IMG/VR virus record: IMGVR_UViG_3300008448_000045
Location: 12,824 to 76,823 of that record
Length of the DNA: 64,000 nucleotides
From: a virus
Direction: 5' to 3' (one strand)
Positions 22,754 through 32,177 of this stretch are shown here, piece after piece. Position 1 is the first letter of the stretch; every line of letters starts with the position of its first letter. Position numbers and translations under genes: made by a program. The notes beneath the pieces were generated by a model. It was not told where the DNA came from. It did not search any database and was given only the letters and a program-made list of their open reading frames with translations.

Positions 22754-23362
22754 ATGCAGAGTAAAGACGTTACTGGAGTTCATATTGAAGGGCATATTAA
22801 AATATATGACCCTATTTCGGCTGAAGTTTACATTAATAAACGAAACGCAATACACTATGAAAATATTAGTATAGCTCTAGCAAGCAGCCTAGCAAATAGT
22901 GGACAAGGATTTATTTACGAAATGGCTTTTGGTAACGGCGGCACCGCGGTTGACCCAACAGGAATAATAACATACTTAACTCCCAACAGTTCGGGGACAA
23001 ATGCTAGCTTATATAATGAAACTTATTCAAAAGTAGTTGATGATCGTTCAAGTAACAACGTTGATCCTACACGAAACTTTATTGAAACTAGGCACGTTAC
23101 AGGAATGAATTACACTGATATTTTTGTAACATGTTTATTAGATTACGGCGAACCGCCTGCTCAATCAGCATTTGATAACACAACTAATAATCAAAATGAT
23201 TTTGTATTTGATGAACTTGGATTAAAAAGTTATAGCCAAATTGGAACTCCATTATTGCTTACGCATGTTATTTTTCACCCTGTGCAAAAATCTTTAAACA
23301 GATTAATACAGATTGATTATACGGTACGTATTCAGAGTTTAACAGGTTTAATGGGGGTATAA
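22754..23362 (+). CDS. Virion structural protein (baseplate/tail-fibre attachment)
   Basis: MAFGNGGT...FDELGL...LTHVIFHPVQKS..IQIDYTV beta-rich pattern in tail context. Confidence 0.55.
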   Translation: MQSKDVTGVHIEGHIKIYDPISAEVYINKRNAIHYENISIALASSLANSGQGFIYEMAFGNGGTAVDPTGIITYLTPNSSGTNASLYNETYSKVVDDRSSNNVDPTRNFIETRHVTGMNYTDIFVTCLLDYGEPPAQSAFDNTTNNQNDFVFDELGLKSYSQIGTPLLLTHVIFHPVQKSLNRLIQIDYTVRIQSLTGLMGV

Positions 23363-23365
23363 CAA

Positions 23366-25606
23366 ATGGCATCATATAAAGTTACGTATACAGAAACTAC
23401 AAATCCTGCTAAGCCACCAATAAATGTTAATGACCAAGAACTAAACACAAGCACAAGTCTTACTTTTCCTGGAAAAAATTATGCAGGTTATGGTTCTATA
23501 ATTGCAGAAAATTTTTTACATCTACTAGAAAATTTTGCTAGAGGAACAGCCCCAGGAACACAACCCGGCGAAGGGCAAGCTGTCCAAGGTCAGCTATGGT
23601 ATGACAATACACCCGGTATAAATTTATTAAAAGTATATGATGGCACATCTTGGGTAGCTGCTGGCAATATTAAAAAAGCAACTCCTGCAGAAATAAATGC
23701 ATTATCGTCTAGTAGTTTTAAAGGGGATTTGTGGGTAGATACTACTAACCAACAACTATACATCTTCTCAGGATCAAACTGGTTGCTAGTTGGTCCTCAA
23801 TTTAGTGACGGAACTAAAACAGGACCGTTAATCGAAACAATTACAGATGCAAGCAACGTTGATCATACTGTTACATCAATTTGGGCCGAAGATACTAGGG
23901 TAATGATTATCAGTAGTAGTCCTTCGTTTACGCCAAAGCAAACAATATCTGGATTTAGTAGTATCAATAAAGGGATTAATCTTAACAGCGTTGATATTTC
24001 AAATACAACATCCCCAATTAAACTTTGGGGAGTAGCACAATCTGCAGACTCATTGATTGTTAATGGAAGAAGCGTAGCGTCTGCTAATTTCATGCGTAAT
24101 GATGATATTGCTACTACAGATTTTCCAATTAACATACGAGCAGCGGGCGGAGTTACTGTTGGAAGCCAGTTAAATTTTATTATTGGTGCTGAAGAAAAAA
24201 ATGGAAGTTTATATGCCTCAAGTCCGGGCGGAAGTATTCAATTAAAAGTTAATAATTCTGGTACCTCTCTTATTGCAACATATATTTCGTCTACTGGAAA
24301 AGTTGGTATTGGTACTAATAATACAAATCCTAGCGAAGTTTTAGATGTATTAGGAAATATAAAAGCAGACGGAGTCATATACACACTTTCAGATGCTGAG
24401 TCTAACATATTAGGCACAGGTAGCATTGTAACTAACGGTGGCGTATCGGTTTTAAAAAGTGCAAATATTGGTGGAAGCATAACTGTTAATAATAAAGTTT
24501 TATTAAACAATTTAGATATCAACGGAACTCCTGTTAACGGAGCTGTTGTATTACCCCAGTATACTTCTTTACAATCTGAATCAAACAGCAAAGTCCAACT
24601 GGTAGCTCAACCGTTATATGACATTGGAACCCCAACAAGAAAATTTAGGAATATTTACGCAGAATCGTTTGTTGGAAATTTTACAGGAACACTATCAACA
24701 GCTGAAACAATACAGGGAAGTATTTCTGGATCAGCATCTAAATTAGCTAGTGCAACAACTTTTAGAATAGGCGACAGTACAAACCCTGCAATTCCTAGAA
24801 GCGAAGTTACAAGTAATATTGTATCATTTGACGGACAAGGCGACGATCCTGTTATTTTTACAGCAACAGTAACACAAGATGTAATTGCTAATAAACCAGT
24901 AATTACTGATTCTAGTGCTACTGATATGTTTTTAGTTTATAGAGGTTCAGGAGCAACTCCGGGTTTAAAACAAATAAGCAAAGCTTCTATTTTTTATAAT
25001 GTTGCTACAGTGCCAACTGGTGCAATTTTTCCATATGCAGGCACTATTCTTCCTGCAGGGTATTTGTTATGCGACGGATCCGAAGTAACTCAAGCTGAAT
25101 ATCCAGAACTATTTGCAATTGTTTCATTTACATATAAAGCATCATCACAACTTAACGGATTAGGCACATTTGCTCTCCCTGATCTTCGAGGCAGATTCCC
25201 GTTAGGATTAGATAACATGGACAATAACAACCGTGTACCAAGTAGAGATAGTACTCCTGAAAATCCGGTTAACATTGATGCAGGCGGCGGTCCTGTTGGG
25301 AGAGTAATAGATCCTACCGCATCAAATTTAGGAAATCCTGGCGGAGCTGATCGAGTTTCGTTAGAAACAAAAAATATTCCAGACCATAGACATACTCTTA
25401 ATAGCGGGGTTGCTCAATATTATGCAGCAGGCGATCCTACAACGGTAGGAGATTCAGCTAGTCAACCGGGGTACGGCTTTGGAACTAGTGTAGGATCCGG
25501 TGTACCAAATACAGGAACAGTGATTAGTTCAGAAACTTCTGTTGCTTTTAGTGTGATGAATCCATATCAAGCACTAAATTACATTATTTTTACTGGTAAG
25601 ATATAA
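23366..25606 (+). CDS. Tail fibre protein with C-terminal tail collar domain
   Basis: VPTGAIFPYAG..PAGYLLCDG..YPELFAIV..FALPDLRGRFPLG..MNPYQALNYII is a phage tail collar domain. Shares its N-terminal GKNY..ENF..LLENFA domain with the next two genes. Confidence 0.85.
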   Translation: MASYKVTYTETTNPAKPPINVNDQELNTSTSLTFPGKNYAGYGSIIAENFLHLLENFARGTAPGTQPGEGQAVQGQLWYDNTPGINLLKVYDGTSWVAAGNIKKATPAEINALSSSSFKGDLWVDTTNQQLYIFSGSNWLLVGPQFSDGTKTGPLIETITDASNVDHTVTSIWAEDTRVMIISSSPSFTPKQTISGFSSINKGINLNSVDISNTTSPIKLWGVAQSADSLIVNGRSVASANFMRNDDIATTDFPINIRAAGGVTVGSQLNFIIGAEEKNGSLYASSPGGSIQLKVNNSGTSLIATYISSTGKVGIGTNNTNPSEVLDVLGNIKADGVIYTLSDAESNILGTGSIVTNGGVSVLKSANIGGSITVNNKVLLNNLDINGTPVNGAVVLPQYTSLQSESNSKVQLVAQPLYDIGTPTRKFRNIYAESFVGNFTGTLSTAETIQGSISGSASKLASATTFRIGDSTNPAIPRSEVTSNIVSFDGQGDDPVIFTATVTQDVIANKPVITDSSATDMFLVYRGSGATPGLKQISKASIFYNVATVPTGAIFPYAGTILPAGYLLCDGSEVTQAEYPELFAIVSFTYKASSQLNGLGTFALPDLRGRFPLGLDNMDNNNRVPSRDSTPENPVNIDAGGGPVGRVIDPTASNLGNPGGADRVSLETKNIPDHRHTLNSGVAQYYAAGDPTTVGDSASQPGYGFGTSVGSGVPNTGTVISSETSVAFSVMNPYQALNYIIFTGKI

Positions 25607-25607
25607 T

Positions 25608-27419
25608 ATGAGTTATACTATTAACAAGACCAACGGCGACTTACTAACTAATGTTGTAGATGGCGAAATCAATCAGATAGCAAGTAGTCTTTCTTTAGTA
25701 GGAAAAAATGCTAGTTCTTACGGAGAAATAATGAATGAAAACTTCATAAGACTACTTGAAAATTTTGCAAATGGGGATAGCCCCATTAAGCCATTAGCAG
25801 GACAGTTATGGTACGATACTAATCAAAGCCGTTTAAAGATTTATGACGGCACAAGCTGGAAAGTTTCTAGTGGTACTATTGTAGCTAATCCTCCCCAAAC
25901 ATTATCTAGGGGCGAATTGTGGATTGATAGTCTTCGTCAACAACTATATTTTAATGATGGTGCTGCTACAGTTCTTGCTGGCCCAAACTATACAAAGGAT
26001 CAAGGTGTATCCGGTTTTCAAACTTTAGATATAGTAGACATTAATCAGATTAATCATACAGTAGTATTTTTATATGTTGCTAAAGTATTAATTGGAATTT
26101 TTAGCCAAGATACCTTTACACCTTTAACTAAAGTTGTTGGATGGTCTGGAGACACATGGGATCCAACTAAGTCAGATTACATACTTGGCGATCGAGTAAT
26201 TTATCTAACACAAGGTAAACCTTTAGTTTATGAAGTGTATACTGTATCACAAACTAGTCCAAATATAAATGTTGTTCCAGCTGGGACACTTCCTACAAAT
26301 ACAGTTTATTGGAAAGAAATTAAAATTAATCCAGGATTTAATTCTAGTCAGTATAGACCAGTGTTTGATGTTTTAACTTCCCAAGCATCTAGCTTAAGAG
26401 CTGCCGACGGAACACTACGAACAGCTGAACAGTTTTTATCTTCTACTCAGAATTCTACAGCTATTGGTAGGTTAGAAATTCAAAATAGCACCCCGCTTAT
26501 ATTAGGCCCGGATTCAAATAATACGATTACTGTTAGTAATAGTTTATTTAAATTAAGTTCGGCAAGTAACAATCAAGATTATCAGATTAGTGTTTTTGCT
26601 AACAATCAAGAAACATCAGCTCTTTTTATAAATGCTGAAACAAACCAAGTTGGAATATTTACAGGATTACCAACAGCAACTTTAGATGTTAACGGCGATG
26701 TTCGAATAAGAGGTAACATTGTTATTGAAGGTGCTACAACTTCAATTAATGCGACAAATTTATTAGTAGAAGATCTACTTATTGAAATTGGAAAAGTATC
26801 TTCTCCAAGTAACACTACAGCTAACGGTGGCGGAATTAGCCTTGAAGGTGGCGGTGATGGAGATAAAACATTAACATGGAACAGCACTACAGAAGCATGG
26901 ACGTCTTCAGAACACATAAATTTAGGCGCCGGAAAGTCATATCATGTTGAAGGATTTTCAGTTCTTAGTAAAACAACGTTAGGACAGACAGTAACTAATG
27001 CTCCGGGATTGACAACTATTGGTCAGTTAGATGAACTTAGAGTTGACTATTTAAGGTTAAACAACAATGCAATTTCTTACGTTAATCCAGTAGTTTCTGA
27101 TGGCGACATAGTATTGCAACCTAAAGGAACTGGGTTAGTTAATGTAAGTAATGCTAGAATTACAGGAGTATCTAATCCAGTAGCTGTCGACGATGCTGTT
27201 AATTTAACAACATTAGTGTCAACAGTTAAATCTGCTCCTTTAGGACTTTCTGCTAATTTTACTGGGTTAACTGATAATCAGATAGCTGGAAACATTGTAG
27301 CCGCTGTTTATCTTCCAGGAGAGCACGAAGAAGGCACAAAAGTAAGAGTTTGGGGTGTGGATACTAGCACATTAAAAACTTTTGTGTTAACTAGCGGTTC
27401 TTGGACAATTGAAATATAA
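25608..27419 (+). CDS. Tail fibre protein
   Basis: N-terminal SLSLVGKN..YG..ENFIRLLENFA..GQLWYD; VGIFTGLPTATLDVNG fibre motif. Confidence 0.75.
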   Translation: MSYTINKTNGDLLTNVVDGEINQIASSLSLVGKNASSYGEIMNENFIRLLENFANGDSPIKPLAGQLWYDTNQSRLKIYDGTSWKVSSGTIVANPPQTLSRGELWIDSLRQQLYFNDGAATVLAGPNYTKDQGVSGFQTLDIVDINQINHTVVFLYVAKVLIGIFSQDTFTPLTKVVGWSGDTWDPTKSDYILGDRVIYLTQGKPLVYEVYTVSQTSPNINVVPAGTLPTNTVYWKEIKINPGFNSSQYRPVFDVLTSQASSLRAADGTLRTAEQFLSSTQNSTAIGRLEIQNSTPLILGPDSNNTITVSNSLFKLSSASNNQDYQISVFANNQETSALFINAETNQVGIFTGLPTATLDVNGDVRIRGNIVIEGATTSINATNLLVEDLLIEIGKVSSPSNTTANGGGISLEGGGDGDKTLTWNSTTEAWTSSEHINLGAGKSYHVEGFSVLSKTTLGQTVTNAPGLTTIGQLDELRVDYLRLNNNAISYVNPVVSDGDIVLQPKGTGLVNVSNARITGVSNPVAVDDAVNLTTLVSTVKSAPLGLSANFTGLTDNQIAGNIVAAVYLPGEHEEGTKVRVWGVDTSTLKTFVLTSGSWTIEI

Positions 27420-27448
27420 CTACGGGTAATTTAACTTTTTGAAATAGA

Positions 27449-27455
27449 ATAAATA
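27449..27455 (+). promoter_or_regulatory. Putative late promoter core ATAAATA
   Basis: Intergenic, before the ATG at 27479. Confidence 0.55.
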
Positions 27456-27478
27456 CTAGGACCTAAGGAATAACGGAA

Positions 27479-28999
27479 ATGCCATATCCAATAAAGAAAT
27501 ATAACGGAGATTTGTTAACAACAATCCCGGACGGTACAGTAGATACAACTACTAGTCTAAAATTAATCGGTAAAAATTACGCCGGATACGGTGAAACTCA
27601 GAACGAAAATTTTGTCTATTTGCTAGAAAATTTTGCAAGTAGCAGCGAGCCTTTGAGGAAAACTACTGGACAGATCTGGTATGATTCATCTGCAGGCGGA
27701 AAATTAAAATTCTATGACGGCGCCAAGTGGAGAACAACTGGGGGCGCTGAGATTAGTGATCTTCAACCGTCGGGCTTAACTGTTGGAGATTTTTGGTTTA
27801 ATACTGAAACACAACAACTGTTTGCTTTTAACAGCCAGAATACATTCACTTTAATTGGCCCACAGGCAGCTGCAGGTGCAGCTACTACTGAGATGGTTTC
27901 TAGAACGGTTGTTGATGCAGAAAATAGTGCTACTCATGCAATTATTGAAGCAAAGGTAAACGGAACTACAGTTTTTGTAATAAGTGCAGATGGTGATTTT
28001 ACTCTTAAATCGCAACAAGGTAATACCATTACCGGCTTTAACAAAATTAGACAAGGTGTTACTCTTTACGAAACTACAAACGAATCCCAACCAGGTCAAA
28101 CAACTAGTAATCATAGATTCTGGGGTACGGCATCAAATTCTGATAGATTAGGCGGCCTAGGTGTAAACAGTTTTATTAGATCAGATAATGCTATTTTTAG
28201 TAATACTGTAAATTTTGCTCATACAGGTTTTACTGTAGGACAAACTCCAATTTTAAGAATTTATAATTCTAATCAAACTGATCCAACGATTCAAAATCAA
28301 TTAAACGATAACGGTATTACCTTCCAAACTACACAAGGTGTAACTACTCTTACTCCGTTAAAATTAGTTGGATTACATACAGTTCCTGGCAGCGACGGAG
28401 TGTCTGACATAGGAACTGCGTTAGTTAAATTTAGAAATGTATATGCAGGTAATTTTTATGGCGTAGCAGAAAAAGCTTCTACAGTTAATGTAGGAGGAAC
28501 TTATTATACGGCCAGTACAGCGGTTAGCGTTGGAACTATTGTAGCAAGGACTAGCGTAGACGAGACAATAGCAGGGGGATTAGTAATCTCTTCAGGATCT
28601 GTCAAAGCAAACTACTTTGTTGGTACAGCTACAACAGCTAACTATGCTGACTTAGCAGAAAAATATCTTACTGATTCTAATTATGAAGTTGGTACAGTAG
28701 TATCTGTCGGTGGCGCTAAAGAAGTAACAGCATGTAATTACGGACAACGTGTACTCGGTGTAGTTTCTGGAAAGCCAGGACTCATGATGAACAGCGAATT
28801 AGAAGGCGGCACATTTATTGCATTAAAAGGTAGAGTACCTGTTTTTGTAACAGGCCCAGTTAATAAGGGAGATGAACTAGTAGCAGGTCCAAACGGTACC
28901 GCAGAAGCAGCTGTTAGTGGAGCATCCCGAGTTTTTGGTATAGCCTTAGAATCAAATGCAGATGCTGGTGTCAAACTCGTTGAATGCGTTGTTCTTTAA
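27479..28999 (+). CDS. Tail fibre protein with C-terminal chaperone-like (peptidase G2-type) domain
   Basis: Same N-terminal domain as the two previous fibres; C-terminal ANYADLAEKY..GTVV..GVVS..MN..IALKGRVPV..KGDELV. Confidence 0.75.
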   Translation: MPYPIKKYNGDLLTTIPDGTVDTTTSLKLIGKNYAGYGETQNENFVYLLENFASSSEPLRKTTGQIWYDSSAGGKLKFYDGAKWRTTGGAEISDLQPSGLTVGDFWFNTETQQLFAFNSQNTFTLIGPQAAAGAATTEMVSRTVVDAENSATHAIIEAKVNGTTVFVISADGDFTLKSQQGNTITGFNKIRQGVTLYETTNESQPGQTTSNHRFWGTASNSDRLGGLGVNSFIRSDNAIFSNTVNFAHTGFTVGQTPILRIYNSNQTDPTIQNQLNDNGITFQTTQGVTTLTPLKLVGLHTVPGSDGVSDIGTALVKFRNVYAGNFYGVAEKASTVNVGGTYYTASTAVSVGTIVARTSVDETIAGGLVISSGSVKANYFVGTATTANYADLAEKYLTDSNYEVGTVVSVGGAKEVTACNYGQRVLGVVSGKPGLMMNSELEGGTFIALKGRVPVFVTGPVNKGDELVAGPNGTAEAAVSGASRVFGIALESNADAGVKLVECVVL

Positions 29000-29001
29000 A
29001 A

Positions 29002-29008
29002 ATAAATA
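29002..29008 (+). promoter_or_regulatory. Putative late promoter core ATAAATA
   Basis: Intergenic, 19 nt before the ATG at 29028. Confidence 0.55.
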
Positions 29009-29027
29009 TCAAACTAAAGGATGACAG

Positions 29028-32000
29028 ATGGCGGGCCAATATTCACCAATTTTAGCAACTGACTATAATATCATACAAGCAAAGGTTGACAAAGTTTTAG
29101 GTTCCGGCCTTGAAAACTTTGGATACGGCCAACCCGTTAAAAGTGGTCAAGTTTTAAGAAGAACAAACATTACTTCTAATCAATGGAATAACTTAAGAAA
29201 AGATTTAATTAAAACTCGGTTACATCAAACAAACATTGATTATGCAAACACATTAAAAGAAGCCGGCAGAGTCGATCCCGAAGATAGCAATAAAAAAATA
29301 CCTATTAATGACAGTGATTTTCAAGTTTTTAGCCAAATGGCCGAAGATGTCATTAACGATAGATTTAATTTACCAGCAGGCCAAGGCACAAGAGAAGCAT
29401 TAGTTCCGACTCAGCAACTATCAACAGCATGGAACGGCACTATAACTCAAGTAATAACAATTACGTTTTCAAGTGTAGAAGCAACTCGTTATTTTTTCAA
29501 TAGCGGTGGAAAAATAGAATTTAGCGGAAATAGAACCGGGGGAACATCTAGTACTAAAAACACTACTTGGTCGAGCATGTTAGGCCAAGGAGCTAACGGT
29601 ATGGGCGTCATTCAATTTGGACACAACTCTACAACTTGTTCAGGTACCGGCCAACCAGCAGCCATCGGATATTATAATCTATTAGAAACAACTACAACTG
29701 ATCAATTATTGTTTACTAAAGGCCCTCCAGAAGGTCCGTATTCCACAGCTTACTATTACATTTATGGACGCTCACCTGTACCTAATCAAATAGTTTTTAC
29801 TATTCAATGGCAAGATGGTCAAGAAGAAAATTCTCAAGATGAGAATGTTGATGGAACATTATCTAGTTATGTACAAGTTTTTAGAGCATCGTCGGCTACA
29901 GATAGCGAAGGCGAATACATTAGTGTAAACATTCCTAAACCGCCAGCAATTACAACAGGACTAGCCGGGGGTATTCCAACACCAGCTCCAGAAATTGTTA
30001 TTGGTCCTTCACAAAATAGTATCGCTCAACCACAAGTGGGGGTGGCGTATACACTAGCGTTTGGTGCGATCAACGGTACAAGTCCTTATACTTGGAGTTC
30101 AATTGGAACTTTACCAGCAGGCTTGACTCTTAATCCTACAACTGGAGTGTTAAGCGGAACACCAACAACAGCATTAAGTTATCTATTTTATGTAGTTGCA
30201 CAAGATGCAGATGGATATACTGGATCTGCTCAATATAATTTAATCGTAGAAGCTGGTGTTAGCCCAACAATTACAGTTACTCCAGTTACTTTAAATCAAA
30301 TGCAAGTTGGATCAGCATTTTCACAAGTGTTTAGTGCCACCGGCGGCACCGGTCCCTATACATGGACGACTCTTGGTAGCGTACCGTTAGGAATAACATT
30401 AGGGACAAATAATAATGGATTCCCAACATTAAGCGGTACTCCTACCGCACCTCAAGCATATAGTTTTACAGTAAGGGCCACTGATGTTAATAATTTCTTT
30501 GGAGAACAGGCTTTTATTATTACTGTAGCCGCTGCCCCAACAATAACAATCAATCCAGGGTCTCCGTTAGCGTCACAGAGTGTTGGACTAGCTACAACCC
30601 AAAGTTTTACAGCTACTGGCGGCACTTCGCCCTATACTTGGTCTAAGACAGGTACCCTACCCGCCGGCCTAACTTTATCGTCAGCTGGTGTATTGTCAGG
30701 AACCCCAACCACAGCAGCAACATATAACTTTACAGTTATAGCAACAGACTCAAGAAGTTATACTGGCGAAAAAGCATATTCTCAAATTATAACAGCTGCA
30801 CCAACTTTATCAGTATCTCCAACTACTTTAACTATGCAGGTGGGCGTGTATTATACACAACAATTATCGGCAATTGGTGGAACAACTCCCTACACGTTTG
30901 AGCTATCAAGCGGATCATTACCAGCAGGAATAACTTTACAAGGTAATGGTTTAAGCGGTACTCCTACTTCGACAACAGCTGCGTCATTTAATATTAGAGT
31001 TACTGATGCAAATAATTTTACTGGTGTTACTCAGTATCTTGTTTCTCCAGCCCCTGCACCGCAATTTGCAACAACAATAACACCAGCAAGCAGTAGTACA
31101 ACTGCTGGAACTTATGCCGACACTTATAGATTTAGTAAAACTGGTTCAACTACCTTTACAGTTAATTGTACTTCTGGATCAGGGCAAGTTACCTTAACTA
31201 CTCAAAGTAATTCTGAACTGACGTCAGCATACACCTATTTTGGTGCAGGTGAAAATGCATTCGGTGGTGAATTTGATATAGCATCTACTGGCGACATTGG
31301 ACTTGCAAAAACTATAGGTGATTATTTTTATGCTAGCAATAATGCTTGGTATAAGACAGAAACTGTTGCAGGTGTTGATCGAACAGTTTATAATAAATCT
31401 AATAATGCTTGGACACAGTTCCTTAACAATTATGCAGTATGGCCTGACTCAGGCGACGGCCCCGTTAATTCTTGGGTTGGAGTATCTTATAACGTAAATA
31501 TTGCAACAGCAGGTAATTATGTATTAAGAATTAGTTCAGATAATCAATTAGAAGTATCCGTTGATGGGACACTAGCAGCTAGTATTTCAAGTTATACAAC
31601 AACTTCTGATACAACAATTAGTTTAACACAAGGCTTGCACACAATTACTTGTAGAGGAAAAAATACAGGAGGTCCTGCAGGCTTTGCCGCAGCTTTGTAT
31701 GCACAAGGTAATTTAAGTAGTGCAGTTTGGACAACTAGAAATACTAGTGACATTACGGTACAGGTAGTTAAGTACGGCCTTTATAGAAAACCGGATGCTC
31801 AAGGACTAAAATCTTGGTTAGACTATGCAAAGAACAATAATATAAGCGACCCCATAACTTCTCAACAATTTAAAAATGCTTTTGCAGCAGTTTTAGACAA
31901 TGGTTCTAGATCAGCGGATAGCGATTGGGCAAGAAGCACAACAGCTACAAAAACATTTGCATCTGGAACAGGTAATGGAGATTTTTATGACAGGCCCGTA

Positions 32001-32168
32001 GCTGTTAATGCTACTTGCTCACCTGCGTCCTTTAGTTTAAGTGCTGGTAATTCACAAGTAGTAACAATGAATTGGACTGTACAAGCCGGATCTGCTGTTA
32101 ATCCGTGGCAATTCACAGCAATATCAAGTGCCGGTGGAACGTACCTATTTACAATTTATAGAACATAA
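29028..32168 (+). CDS. Virion protein with four putative Ig (He_PIG-like) repeats and a PA14-like insert
   Basis: Repeated A(T/I)GGTxPYTW..GxLPAGLTL..GVLSGTPT units; YVLRISSDNQLEVSVDG..LTQGLHTI. Confidence 0.75.
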   Translation: MAGQYSPILATDYNIIQAKVDKVLGSGLENFGYGQPVKSGQVLRRTNITSNQWNNLRKDLIKTRLHQTNIDYANTLKEAGRVDPEDSNKKIPINDSDFQVFSQMAEDVINDRFNLPAGQGTREALVPTQQLSTAWNGTITQVITITFSSVEATRYFFNSGGKIEFSGNRTGGTSSTKNTTWSSMLGQGANGMGVIQFGHNSTTCSGTGQPAAIGYYNLLETTTTDQLLFTKGPPEGPYSTAYYYIYGRSPVPNQIVFTIQWQDGQEENSQDENVDGTLSSYVQVFRASSATDSEGEYISVNIPKPPAITTGLAGGIPTPAPEIVIGPSQNSIAQPQVGVAYTLAFGAINGTSPYTWSSIGTLPAGLTLNPTTGVLSGTPTTALSYLFYVVAQDADGYTGSAQYNLIVEAGVSPTITVTPVTLNQMQVGSAFSQVFSATGGTGPYTWTTLGSVPLGITLGTNNNGFPTLSGTPTAPQAYSFTVRATDVNNFFGEQAFIITVAAAPTITINPGSPLASQSVGLATTQSFTATGGTSPYTWSKTGTLPAGLTLSSAGVLSGTPTTAATYNFTVIATDSRSYTGEKAYSQIITAAPTLSVSPTTLTMQVGVYYTQQLSAIGGTTPYTFELSSGSLPAGITLQGNGLSGTPTSTTAASFNIRVTDANNFTGVTQYLVSPAPAPQFATTITPASSSTTAGTYADTYRFSKTGSTTFTVNCTSGSGQVTLTTQSNSELTSAYTYFGAGENAFGGEFDIASTGDIGLAKTIGDYFYASNNAWYKTETVAGVDRTVYNKSNNAWTQFLNNYAVWPDSGDGPVNSWVGVSYNVNIATAGNYVLRISSDNQLEVSVDGTLAASISSYTTTSDTTISLTQGLHTITCRGKNTGGPAGFAAALYAQGNLSSAVWTTRNTSDITVQVVKYGLYRKPDAQGLKSWLDYAKNNNISDPITSQQFKNAFAAVLDNGSRSADSDWARSTTATKTFASGTGNGDFYDRPVAVNATCSPASFSLSAGNSQVVTMNWTVQAGSAVNPWQFTAISSAGGTYLFTIYRT

Positions 32169-32177
32169 AGGTATCTT

